Source of the DNA: an uncultured Bacteroidia bacterium
Lineage (GTDB): Bacteria > Bacteroidota > Bacteroidia > Palsa-948
Direction: 5' to 3'
Length of the DNA: 64,000 bases
Assembly: GCA_964481195.1 (NCBI GenBank)
Contig: CAYZTB010000005.1
Location: forward strand, 10,138-74,137
Notes under the pieces: generated by a model
What the model saw: only the letters and a program-made list of their open reading frames with translations
Databases searched by the model: none
What the model was told of the DNA's origin: nothing
Made by a program: the position numbers and the translations under genes
Shown here: positions 17,223 through 26,459 of the stretch, one piece after another
Numbering within the stretch: position 1 is the stretch's first letter
Layout of the letters: every line of letters begins with the position of its first letter

Positions 17223-19277
17223 ATGCAGAAACGAGTCCATTATTTTTCGGTTTTCTTATTATTTTTTGGGTTGCTGTTAGTTTATTCTAACCACTTTCAC
17301 AATTCTTTTCATTTTGACGACTCGCATACCATCGTCAACAATATTTACATTAAAAAAATCAGCAACATCCCCTTGTTTTTTAAAGACGGGACTACCTTTA
17401 GCTCACTTCCCTCTAATCAGTCATACAGGCCAGTTGTCACAACCTCTTTAGCCATCGATTATTGGCTAGGGAATGGGTTGGATACCTACTATTTTCATCT
17501 TTCTACTTTTATACTTTTTATACTGCTGGGAATATTAATATTTTTTCTGTGTAAAAAAATATACTCGCATGCAGCGTCAGCCAAAAACGTATTTCTTGTT
17601 AGCATACTAACTACCGCTTGGTATCTCCTCCACCCAGCCAATGCAGAAACAATCAACTATGTGATAGCTCGTAGCGATTCACTCTCAACTCTTTTTGTAG
17701 TACTTGCATTTGTTATCTATGCTTACTCACCGCTTTCCAGAAGATATTACCTGTATGTAATTCCCATAGCTATTGGAATACTTGCAAAAATATCTGCCAT
17801 TATGTTTGCGCCCATCCTTTGGGTGTACATCCTACTTTTTGAAAAAGAGAAATCTTTTGTGGAATTAATGGAAAAGAAAAACATCAACCTTCTCTTCTCC
17901 TCAATGAAAGCTGTTATACCGATTTTTATTTTTTGTGGCGCTGCATACCTTTTCGTTCAAAAAATGGAATCGAGCACTTGGTCTCCAGGCGGCACTTCTA
18001 CTTACTTGTATATTATCACACAGCCATTTGTAATATGGCATTACTTTAAAACTTTTTTCTTCCCGCTTTGGCTATCGGCAGATACCGACTGGACTACGTT
18101 TGAATCGATATTAAACCTCAAAGCAATTGCAGGATTTATTTTTGTTGGATTGCTCCTTGTCATCGCGATTATTACTTCAAAAAAATCCATTCATAGACCC
18201 ATTTCTTTTGGGGTTTGCTGGTTTCTGCTTGCGCTAGTTCCTTCATCTAGTGTTATCCCACTTGCAGAAGTGATGAATGACCATCGAGTTTTTTTTCCTT
18301 ACATTGGATTAGCAATTGCCGTATGCTGGACTTTATACTTAGGTTATCTAGAAATTATTAAAAGAATATCTAAGCCTTTTGAAATAAAAGTTGCTGTATT
18401 TACAACCTCACTGTTATTTTTATCAGCTTATGGGTACGGCACTTTTCAGCGCAACGAAATCTGGAAAACGGATGAATCGCTTTGGTATGATGCTACAATA
18501 AAAAGTCCAAAAAATGCAAGAGCCTTAATGAATTACGGACTAAGCTTAATGGCAAAAGGCGATTACATAGGAGCAGAAAAATATTTTACCGATGCATTAA
18601 CTCTTTGGCCACAGTATGCTTACCTACATGTAAATATGGGAATATTAAAAAACGCCATTGGTGATGCTGCATCTGCCGAACAATATTATCGCACTGCGTT
18701 AACCTACCGCTCTGATATTCCCGAACTATATTTTTTTTATGCCGAGTTCCTTCATAAGCAACAACGAAATTCAGAAGCTATTGGGTTGTTAAAAAAATCG
18801 ATAGAACTCTACCGCGCTAACCCGCAATCACGCTATTTGCTTATGACCGTTTATGCAGAAAATAACGAGAATGAAAACCTAGTGGCATTAGCTCAAGAAA
18901 CACTACAAATTATTCCTGGCGATATAACAGCATTAGCTTTCTTAAACACACCAACAGGAAATAAATCCAAACTTGAAACTACTTTAGATTATGCAATAGC
19001 AAACCCTACTGCAGAAAATTATTTAAACTTATCACTCGAATATTATAATGCCGGTAAATTTCTTGAATGTGTTGCAGCTTGCGAAGAAGCCTTGAAGATA
19101 AATCCAAACTTTGATCTTGCCTATAACAATATTTGCAGTGCGTATAATATGCTATCCAACTGGGACAAGGCCATAGAAGCAGGACAAAAGGCAGTTGATA
19201 TTAACCCCAACAATCAATTAGTAAAAAATAATTTAGAATTCTCCAAAAAACAAAAAGCATCTCAGGCGACTAAATAA
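17223..19277 (+). CDS. PMT/TMTC-like (GT-C fold) multi-pass membrane protein with C-terminal TPR repeats
   Basis: FHFDDSHTIVNN acidic loop and SYRPVVTTSLAIDYW motif. About 11 TM helices are followed by a TPR array. The C-terminal TPR block (CVAACEEALKINPNFDLAYNNICSAYNM) is paralogous to that of 19287. Confidence 0.55.
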   Translation: MQKRVHYFSVFLLFFGLLLVYSNHFHNSFHFDDSHTIVNNIYIKKISNIPLFFKDGTTFSSLPSNQSYRPVVTTSLAIDYWLGNGLDTYYFHLSTFILFILLGILIFFLCKKIYSHAASAKNVFLVSILTTAWYLLHPANAETINYVIARSDSLSTLFVVLAFVIYAYSPLSRRYYLYVIPIAIGILAKISAIMFAPILWVYILLFEKEKSFVELMEKKNINLLFSSMKAVIPIFIFCGAAYLFVQKMESSTWSPGGTSTYLYIITQPFVIWHYFKTFFFPLWLSADTDWTTFESILNLKAIAGFIFVGLLLVIAIITSKKSIHRPISFGVCWFLLALVPSSSVIPLAEVMNDHRVFFPYIGLAIAVCWTLYLGYLEIIKRISKPFEIKVAVFTTSLLFLSAYGYGTFQRNEIWKTDESLWYDATIKSPKNARALMNYGLSLMAKGDYIGAEKYFTDALTLWPQYAYLHVNMGILKNAIGDAASAEQYYRTALTYRSDIPELYFFYAEFLHKQQRNSEAIGLLKKSIELYRANPQSRYLLMTVYAENNENENLVALAQETLQIIPGDITALAFLNTPTGNKSKLETTLDYAIANPTAENYLNLSLEYYNAGKFLECVAACEEALKINPNFDLAYNNICSAYNMLSNWDKAIEAGQKAVDINPNNQLVKNNLEFSKKQKASQATK

Positions 19278-19286
19278 AAGACCCTA

Positions 19287-21302
19287 ATGAATGTTGAAGT
19301 AAAATATATTAAAGAATGGAAGATTGCATTTATTGTACTGTCAGTAATCGTTGCTATTTTAATTCCATACCTGAGTTTTGACTACGGCATTACCGAGGAT
19401 GAACAAGCACATTGCCAGCACGGAAAAAGCATCTTAGATTACTTTACTGGAAAAAATAATATTGCTGCTCGTAGTCCGATAGATAGTACCGGAAAGCTTC
19501 AAATCATTTCTTTCGATGATAACATGAATGACATTTCCGGAGAAATGAATATTTATGGCGGCACCTTTGACTTGCTATGCGCCATCGCAAACGAATATGT
19601 TTTTTCTTTTGGAGAATACGAGACTAGGCACTTTATTAATTCTCTTTTTGGGGTATTACTTATAGTTTTTACCGGACTATTTACAACTTATTTAGGAGGC
19701 TGGAGAGCTGGAACAATCGCACTACTCTTAATGGCATTAACTCCACGCATTATTGCTCATTCCATGAACAATCCAAAGGACATTCCTTTTGCTGCTCTTT
19801 ACATCATCTGTTTGTATTTTATTTTTCGTTTTGTAGAGGAACTTCCAAAACCTAAATTAAAAACATGGCTTCCATTACTAATTTGCATTCCGCTAGCTGC
19901 TGACATACGGATATCAGGACTGCTACTTATCGTATATCTTATTTTATTTGTTTGCTACCGATGGAACAATTTGTTTTTTGAAAAAAATATAAATAAAGAA
20001 GAAGTAAGAATATTTTTTCGTTCCTTAACCTATGCTGTTGTGTTATCCGTTTGCAGTTACCTTCTTATTTCTATTTTATGGCCCTTTGCACAAACAAATC
20101 CACTTAAAGTTCCCTACTTAGCATTAAGCAAACTTTCAGATCTCGATATCACTTGGGATTCACACGATTTATTTGAAGGAAAATGGATTGTTAGGTCAGA
20201 GATGCCTTGGTACTTGGGATTAAAATGGTTGTTTATTGGAAACCCTCTTTTCCTACCACTTGGATTAGCAACATCAGTATTTATTTTTATTCACACCAGC
20301 AACATAGAAGATTCTTTTCCAATTAAAAAAATACTGATGCTTGTTTTCACTTTTGCATTTCCTGTTTTGTATGTTATTTTCAGAGGATCCTATTTGTATA
20401 ACGATACACGCCACATACTTTTTGTTGTTCCATGCATCTTGGCACTTTCTGCATTATCATTCGAAAACTTATTTCGGATACTTCCTAACAAATTCTTGAA
20501 ATATGGATTTGCAATACTAGTTTCACTTACAATGCTGCAGCCACTTATTTGGATGAATCGAAATCACCCACACGAAGTAGCATACTTCAGTCCACTTATT
20601 GGAGGCACCGATGGCGCCTGGAAAAAATACGAAACAGATTTTTGGGGCAACGCTGTAAGACATGCCGCAGAATGGATTCATGAAAACGTGCCTCCAGGCG
20701 ATGATAAAAACCCTGTTAAAGTTAGAATTTGGTATGGGAATTTCTTAAAAGGCTCTTATTATATTGAGAAGAAGAAAGGATATAAAGCAATGCGCGATTA
20801 TGAAAACTCTCCAAACTGGGATTATTATATCATGCAAACTACTGCCGCAAAAAATTTTCCTGATTGGCTTACTAATTGGCCACCTCCCGGCACGATACAT
20901 GAGATTAAAGCTGACAATATACCCTTATGTGCTATCATTAAAAATCCATGGAAAACCCAACCAATATTACTTACTCAAGAAGATAGTATCCTGATAGAAA
21001 AACAGAACTTACCAAAAAATCTCTCCTTTGATGATTATATGAATTTGAGTTTTAAAAAATATGAGTCTAAACAGTTTGAAGCATGTGTAGGAGCTTGCTT
21101 GCTTGCGCTACAACTAAACCCATCAAGCGATGTTGCATACAATAATATTTGCGCAGCGTACAATGAACTTAAAGAATGGGAAAAAGCAAAAAAAGCTTGT
21201 CAAGAAGCTCTACGAATAAATTCCGAATTTACATTAGCAAAAAATAATTTAAACTGGGCCAGCGATATGATTTCCAAACAATCAATCTCAGGTAAAAAAT
21301 AA
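19287..21302 (+). CDS. Divergent GT-C-like multi-pass membrane protein with C-terminal TPR repeats (tandem paralogue)
   Basis: N-terminal TM region with an acidic ITEDEQ loop. The C-terminal TPR block CVGACLLALQLNPSSDVAYNNICAAYNE is near-identical in pattern to that of 17223. Confidence 0.45.
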   Translation: MNVEVKYIKEWKIAFIVLSVIVAILIPYLSFDYGITEDEQAHCQHGKSILDYFTGKNNIAARSPIDSTGKLQIISFDDNMNDISGEMNIYGGTFDLLCAIANEYVFSFGEYETRHFINSLFGVLLIVFTGLFTTYLGGWRAGTIALLLMALTPRIIAHSMNNPKDIPFAALYIICLYFIFRFVEELPKPKLKTWLPLLICIPLAADIRISGLLLIVYLILFVCYRWNNLFFEKNINKEEVRIFFRSLTYAVVLSVCSYLLISILWPFAQTNPLKVPYLALSKLSDLDITWDSHDLFEGKWIVRSEMPWYLGLKWLFIGNPLFLPLGLATSVFIFIHTSNIEDSFPIKKILMLVFTFAFPVLYVIFRGSYLYNDTRHILFVVPCILALSALSFENLFRILPNKFLKYGFAILVSLTMLQPLIWMNRNHPHEVAYFSPLIGGTDGAWKKYETDFWGNAVRHAAEWIHENVPPGDDKNPVKVRIWYGNFLKGSYYIEKKKGYKAMRDYENSPNWDYYIMQTTAAKNFPDWLTNWPPPGTIHEIKADNIPLCAIIKNPWKTQPILLTQEDSILIEKQNLPKNLSFDDYMNLSFKKYESKQFEACVGACLLALQLNPSSDVAYNNICAAYNELKEWEKAKKACQEALRINSEFTLAKNNLNWASDMISKQSISGKK

Positions 21303-21315
21303 TTTAGCTACTTTT

Positions 21316-21657
21316 CTACTCCTTTTTCCCTTCCTTATTTTTTAATAATGCTAGCTCCTGAGCCAGAACTTTACTTTGCTTTTGCAACCTTGAAACGGTA
21401 ACTGATAAATGCAATAAATAAATTAACATTATAAAAATTGCTCCGGTAAAAATCATATTAGGAGGAGCAATAATGCCCAACATATTAGAAACAATATCTA
21501 TCCCCTCTCTCCAAAAAGAAAACAGAATGAGAACAAAGGTGGAAACAATCCATACAATTGCATACTCTTCACGAAGCTTGCCCTTTACAATAAGCCAAGC
21601 GATATAAAGTAAAAAAAGCAAGCTAGCTGCAATGGCAATAATTTGTATTCTTTCCAT
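21316..21657 (-). CDS. DUF2304-family small membrane protein, usually paired with polyprenyl-phosphate glycosyltransferases
   Basis: Three TM helices. It lies immediately downstream of the GT2 gene with a 4-nt gap. Family assignment is from memory of the conserved gene pair. Confidence 0.5.
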   Translation of the reverse strand: MERIQIIAIAASLLFLLYIAWLIVKGKLREEYAIVWIVSTFVLILFSFWREGIDIVSNMLGIIAPPNMIFTGAIFIMLIYLLHLSVTVSRLQKQSKVLAQELALLKNKEGKKE

Positions 21658-21661
21658 GATT

Positions 21662-22378
21662 TTATCTATTGTTGGTTCGTATAAATGTAAATATTATTCC
21701 CAAAGTAACTTTCCACATATAATAGATGCTGGAAAAAAAACCAATTGAAGAAACTCCTCCTTGTCGCTCACTCATACTAACGGGGAGCTCTCCTATTTTA
21801 ATTTTGTTCTTAGCAAATAATATTATGGATTCCGGCTCTGGGTATTCATCGGGGTAAGTTTCGCATACTAGCTCAAGTGATTTTCGATTTAACACCCTAA
21901 AGCCTGAAGTGCAATCATAAATACGTTGTCCGGTTAAGATCTTTAACAGCAAACTAAACCACACAATGCCTGCTCTACGAATAAAGGAAGATTGAAATCC
22001 TTTGTGAGTAATAAATCGGGACCCTATGATTATATCTAAATTGTATTTTATAAGCTCCGAAACCAGAGTTGGTATTTCCACCGAAGGGTGTTGTCCATCC
22101 CCATCTACTTGAACCGCATAGTCAAAGTCATTCTCTAAAGCATATTTGAAACCAGTTTGCATGGCACCACCTATACCTAAATTGACTGGAAGATGAAGTG
22201 AAACACAATTAAGACTATTTATAATCAAAGCAGTTGCATCAGTAGAACAATCATTAACAACAATTACGCTGACTTGAAATTCTTTGTATAAAGAAGTTGC
22301 TAAAACATCATTTACTACATTAGAGATAGATTTTTCTTCATTATAAGCAGGAATAATAATAGCGAGTGAATGGCTCAT
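21662..22378 (-). CDS. GT2-family polyprenyl-phosphate hexose (mannose/glucose) synthase, DPM1/ArnC-like
   Basis: IIIPAYNEE...VVNDCSTD...QVDGDGQHP are the hallmark GT2 DPM1-like motifs. It has a soluble catalytic domain of 238 aa. Confidence 0.75.
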   Translation of the reverse strand: MSHSLAIIIPAYNEEKSISNVVNDVLATSLYKEFQVSVIVVNDCSTDATALIINSLNCVSLHLPVNLGIGGAMQTGFKYALENDFDYAVQVDGDGQHPSVEIPTLVSELIKYNLDIIIGSRFITHKGFQSSFIRRAGIVWFSLLLKILTGQRIYDCTSGFRVLNRKSLELVCETYPDEYPEPESIILFAKNKIKIGELPVSMSERQGGVSSIGFFSSIYYMWKVTLGIIFTFIRTNNR

Positions 22379-22521
22379 CCTAAGAATGGGGAAATAATTT
22401 CAAAATATTTTGCAAAACTCTTTTTTGAGTGTTTAAATTTATTGTATATTCACTATAGAAAGAATAAAATAAAATAAATTTACTTTCCAAACAAAAGTAA
22501 TCCAAAATTCGTTAGTGTAAT

Positions 22522-24729
22522 ATGGCATCCGCTACGCAGCAACTCTCTCTAAAAGGTCACCTCAAAAAAATCTTTGGATTTTCAAAATTCAAAGGCGAGC
22601 AAGAGCAGATCATGGAGAATGTTTTAAACGGCAAAGATACATTCGTTATTATGCCTACTGGCGGTGGCAAATCGCTCTGCTACCAACTACCAGCATTAAT
22701 AAGTGAAGGAACTGCCATTGTAGTATCGCCATTAATAGCCTTGATGAAAAATCAAGTAGATCTTATCCGCGGATTTGGCACAAAAGATAATATTGCACAC
22801 TTTCTAAATTCTTCCTTAGCAAAAGCAGAGATAATAAAAGTAAAGGAAGAGCTAACAGCAGGAAAAACCAAGATTTTATATGTAGCTCCCGAATCCTTGG
22901 CAAAAGAGGCCAACGTAGAGTTTTTTAAAAATATTAAAATCTCTTTTATTGCAATTGACGAAGCACATTGCATTTCGGAATGGGGTCATGATTTCCGTCC
23001 TGAATATCGCAGAATAAGAGAGTTGATCGATGAAATTGGAAGAGTGCCTATCATTGCACTAACAGCTACTGCCACTCCTAAGGTGCAGCAAGATATTTTA
23101 AAAAATCTTTGCATTCCAGAAGCTACCGTATTCAAAGCTTCTTTTAATCGCCCGAATTTATATTACGAAGTACGATCTAAAATTGAAGCTCCTAGGCAAA
23201 TCATACAATACATTCGAAAAAACCAAGGCAAATCAGGAATTATTTATTGCCTGAGCAGAAAACAAACCGAGGCACTTGCCAGCACCCTTAATGTAAATGG
23301 AATTCGTGCAGTACCCTATCATGCCGGGTTAGAAAAAGATATTCGTTCAAAAACACAGGATCAGTTTTTAATGGAAGATGTGGAAGTAATTGTAGCTACG
23401 ATTGCTTTTGGAATGGGCATTGACAAACCGGATGTTCGTTTTGTGATGCACTACGATATTCCAAAATCGCTCGAAGGCTATTATCAGGAAACTGGTCGAT
23501 CTGGAAGAGATGGTGGTGAGGGGCATTGCATTGCTTTTTATAGCGAGGCTGATATTCAAAAGCTTGAAAAATTTCTGAAAGGAAAGCCAGTTGCTGAGCA
23601 GGAAATAAACAAACAACTTATACAGGAAGTAGTTACCTATTCTGAATCATCTGTTTGCAGAAGAAAAACGCTGCTTCATTATTTTGGAGAAAAATACGAA
23701 CAAGAAAATTGTGGCAACTGCGATAACTGTACAAATCCTAAGAAAAAGTTTGAAGGAAAAGACGATGTTGAGTTGTTGCTTGAAGCAATTATTGAGATGA
23801 AGGAAAAGTTTAAACCCAAGCACGTGGTGCAGGTTTTAACAGGCACATTAACTTCCTTCATCAAGCAATATAAGCACAACGATCTTGAAATATTTGGCAA
23901 AGGACTGGAAGATGGTAAAAACGAAAAATTTTGGAACGCTGTAATTCGACAAGCACACGTTGAAGGATTATTATCTAAAGACATCGACAACTATGGGCTT
24001 TTAAAAGTTACTAAAGCAGGAAGGAAGTTTTTAGAAAAACCTACTTCTTTTATGCTTACCAAGGATCATAGTTTTGACTTGTCGGAAAACGAAGCGGATG
24101 ATGTAATAGTTGCAGGAGGCCAAGGCGGTGCTGCATTGGATCAACCACTTTACAAAATGCTTAAAGACCTTGTTAAGCAAGTATCCAAGAAAGAAAAGCT
24201 TCAGCCATGGATTATATTCCAAGAGACTTGCTTATCAGAAATGGCAACTACCTACCCTACAACATTAGATGAAGTAGCAAAAGTATCGGGTGTTGGTCCG
24301 GGCAAAGCGCAGCGATACGGAAAGCCTTTTGCTGAATTGATTGCTAAATATGTAAAAGAAAATAAGATTGAACGTCCACAAGATTTAGTTGTTAAATCTA
24401 CTGTGAATAAATCTGGACTTAAAGTTTTCCTTATTCAAGCCATAGACAGAAAGTTAAGCTTGGAAGATATAGCAGATGCAAAAGGATTATCAATGAATGT
24501 ACTTATCGGAGAGCTTGAAAGCATTGTTTCGGCAGGTACCCGGGTTAATATTGAGCACTATATTGACGAAGTAATTGACGAAGATGTTCAAGATGATATT
24601 TACGAGCATTTTAAGAGTGCCGAATCTGACTCTGTTGAACTTGCCATGAAAGAACTTGGCGAAGACGAATACGATGAAGAAGATGTTAGGCTGGTGCGAA
24701 TCAAGTTTATATCCGAATTCGGGAACTAG
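22522..24729 (+). CDS. recQ: ATP-dependent DNA helicase RecQ
   Basis: FGFSKFKGEQEQI...PTGGGKSLCYQLPAL, a DEAH box, the RecQ zinc-binding Cys cluster, and C-terminal HRDC-like regions. Confidence 0.9.
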   Translation: MASATQQLSLKGHLKKIFGFSKFKGEQEQIMENVLNGKDTFVIMPTGGGKSLCYQLPALISEGTAIVVSPLIALMKNQVDLIRGFGTKDNIAHFLNSSLAKAEIIKVKEELTAGKTKILYVAPESLAKEANVEFFKNIKISFIAIDEAHCISEWGHDFRPEYRRIRELIDEIGRVPIIALTATATPKVQQDILKNLCIPEATVFKASFNRPNLYYEVRSKIEAPRQIIQYIRKNQGKSGIIYCLSRKQTEALASTLNVNGIRAVPYHAGLEKDIRSKTQDQFLMEDVEVIVATIAFGMGIDKPDVRFVMHYDIPKSLEGYYQETGRSGRDGGEGHCIAFYSEADIQKLEKFLKGKPVAEQEINKQLIQEVVTYSESSVCRRKTLLHYFGEKYEQENCGNCDNCTNPKKKFEGKDDVELLLEAIIEMKEKFKPKHVVQVLTGTLTSFIKQYKHNDLEIFGKGLEDGKNEKFWNAVIRQAHVEGLLSKDIDNYGLLKVTKAGRKFLEKPTSFMLTKDHSFDLSENEADDVIVAGGQGGAALDQPLYKMLKDLVKQVSKKEKLQPWIIFQETCLSEMATTYPTTLDEVAKVSGVGPGKAQRYGKPFAELIAKYVKENKIERPQDLVVKSTVNKSGLKVFLIQAIDRKLSLEDIADAKGLSMNVLIGELESIVSAGTRVNIEHYIDEVIDEDVQDDIYEHFKSAESDSVELAMKELGEDEYDEEDVRLVRIKFISEFGN

Positions 24730-24757
24730 ACAACCCATTAATCTGAAATATATCACA

Positions 24758-24793
24758 TAAAAAAAGCGCTGATATTATTCAGCGCTTTAAAAT
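24758..24793. terminator. Bidirectional rho-independent terminator between convergent recQ and the zinc-ribbon gene
   Basis: Stem AGCGCTGA/TCAGCGCT (24765-24772/24779-24786), flanked by an A-run upstream and a T-run downstream. Confidence 0.65.
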
Positions 24794-24807
24794 TTTGTGA
24801 GCTTTAA

Positions 24808-25584
24808 TTAAGCTTCTTCTTTCATTTTATCAGCAATGTCTGGAGCCACTAATACTCTTCCGCAATGCTCGCAAACTAATAGTTTTTTATGTGTTTTAAT
24901 ATCTAACTGGCGCTGTGGTGGTATCTTAGAAAAACATCCTCCGCAAGCATCACGCTCTACAGGAACAACAGCTAAGCCATTTCTGGTATTGGATCTAATT
25001 CTTTTATAAGAACTCAATAAACGTTCTTCGATTAATGCTTCAGCAGTTTGAGAACGCTTTAGTAAAGCAGTTTCTTCTTTTTCTGTTTCAGCAATAATCT
25101 CATCTAACTCACCTTGCTTTTCTTTAAGACGATTTTTTCTTTCTTTTAACTCCTCTTCAAGTTCTTTTAACTGTTCTTTTTTAGTTGCCAAAGAAGTTTT
25201 GAAATCTTTTATTTTTCGTTCAGCAAGTTGAATCTCCAATGTTTGGTATTCAATCTCTTTAGTTAGTGATTCGTATTCGCGGTTATTTCGAACTTTGCTC
25301 TGCTGCGTTTTGTATTTTTTAATCATCACTTCAGCTTCCTTCATCAAGTTCTTTTTCTCATTGATTACTTCTTCGCTGGCACGATAATCTTCGTTCATTT
25401 TTTCTAATCGGGTAGCTAGCGCTTCAACAGATTCTTCCAACTCTTTAATTTCCAAAGGAAGTTCTCCTCTAACAGTACGTATTTTGTCGATTTTAGAATC
25501 AATAAATTGAAGTTCGAAAAGAGCGCTTAGCTTTTTTTCTACTGACGAATCAATTTTCTCTCTTTCTGATAGTGTTTTTGCCAT
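24808..25584 (-). CDS. COG1579-type coiled-coil zinc-ribbon protein, the conserved partner of Nif3
   Basis: A long coiled coil is followed by a C-terminal CGGC...CEHCGR zinc ribbon. It is adjacent to the Nif3 gene. Confidence 0.7.
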   Translation of the reverse strand: MAKTLSEREKIDSSVEKKLSALFELQFIDSKIDKIRTVRGELPLEIKELEESVEALATRLEKMNEDYRASEEVINEKKNLMKEAEVMIKKYKTQQSKVRNNREYESLTKEIEYQTLEIQLAERKIKDFKTSLATKKEQLKELEEELKERKNRLKEKQGELDEIIAETEKEETALLKRSQTAEALIEERLLSSYKRIRSNTRNGLAVVPVERDACGGCFSKIPPQRQLDIKTHKKLLVCEHCGRVLVAPDIADKMKEEA

Positions 25585-25613
25585 ATTTATAAATATTGAT
25601 CGGAAGTTTAGAT

Positions 25614-26414
25614 TTACAAGTAATTTACCGGATTTGTATTAATTTTCGTCAAACGGGGCACGAAGATAGGAAATTTTTGCTTCAATAAATCACGTATTAG
25701 CTCTTTAGTATATTGCTCACTTTCATAGTGCCCAATATCGATGACAACTATTTGATTATCAGCATCAAAGAACTGATGATATTTGAAATCTGAAGTCACA
25801 AAAACATCTGCTCCAGAGGCAATTGCATCTTCCAAAAGGAAACTTCCAGAACCGCCACAAACTGCAACTTTGCCAACTTTTTTTCCAAGCAAAGGAGTGT
25901 ATCGTAAAGAGCCAACCTTCATTATTTTTTTAACCTTATTTAAAAAATCAATTTCAGACATTGGCTTTTGCAAAACACCAACCATCCCTGAACCCACTTT
26001 CTTTTTTGAAGAAGATAGCGCGTGATTTTTTTTCTCGGAAAGTATTTTACAATTTGATAATCCAAGCTTATCGCAAATCATTTTATTAACGCCAACAGGA
26101 ACATTATCCAAATTGGTGTGAATGGCATAAATGGAAATATTATTTTTTATTGCTTTCAGGATGACCCTTTCTACGTAAGTAAGGCCAGTAATTTTTTTTA
26201 ATCCGGAAAAAATAATGGGGTGATGAGAAATAATAAGATTACAATTAGTAGCTATTGCTTCATCTACAACGGCTTCGGTGCAGTCAATGCTGATTAGAGC
26301 TCCTGTAAGTTCGGAATCTTCTCCTCCAGTAATAAAACCAGCATTATCATAATCTTCTTGCAGTGATAATGGAGCAATACTTTCCAAATAGGATGTAATG
26401 ACTTTTATCTTCAT
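25614..26414 (-). CDS. Nif3-family dinuclear metal centre protein (YqfO/YbgI-like)
   Basis: N-terminal DYDNAGF and ISHHP motifs, plus C-terminal GHYESE. Confidence 0.8.
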   Translation of the reverse strand: MKIKVITSYLESIAPLSLQEDYDNAGFITGGEDSELTGALISIDCTEAVVDEAIATNCNLIISHHPIIFSGLKKITGLTYVERVILKAIKNNISIYAIHTNLDNVPVGVNKMICDKLGLSNCKILSEKKNHALSSSKKKVGSGMVGVLQKPMSEIDFLNKVKKIMKVGSLRYTPLLGKKVGKVAVCGGSGSFLLEDAIASGADVFVTSDFKYHQFFDADNQIVVIDIGHYESEQYTKELIRDLLKQKFPIFVPRLTKINTNPVNYL

Positions 26415-26459
26415 TGAGCAAAAAAGTATTTTCCTTTTTAAAACGAAAGGAATAAGGTT

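Noticed and set aside
20764-20994. 76-aa plus-strand ORF inside the 19287-21302 gene
   Set aside because: It is an alternative frame within a well-supported longer CDS.
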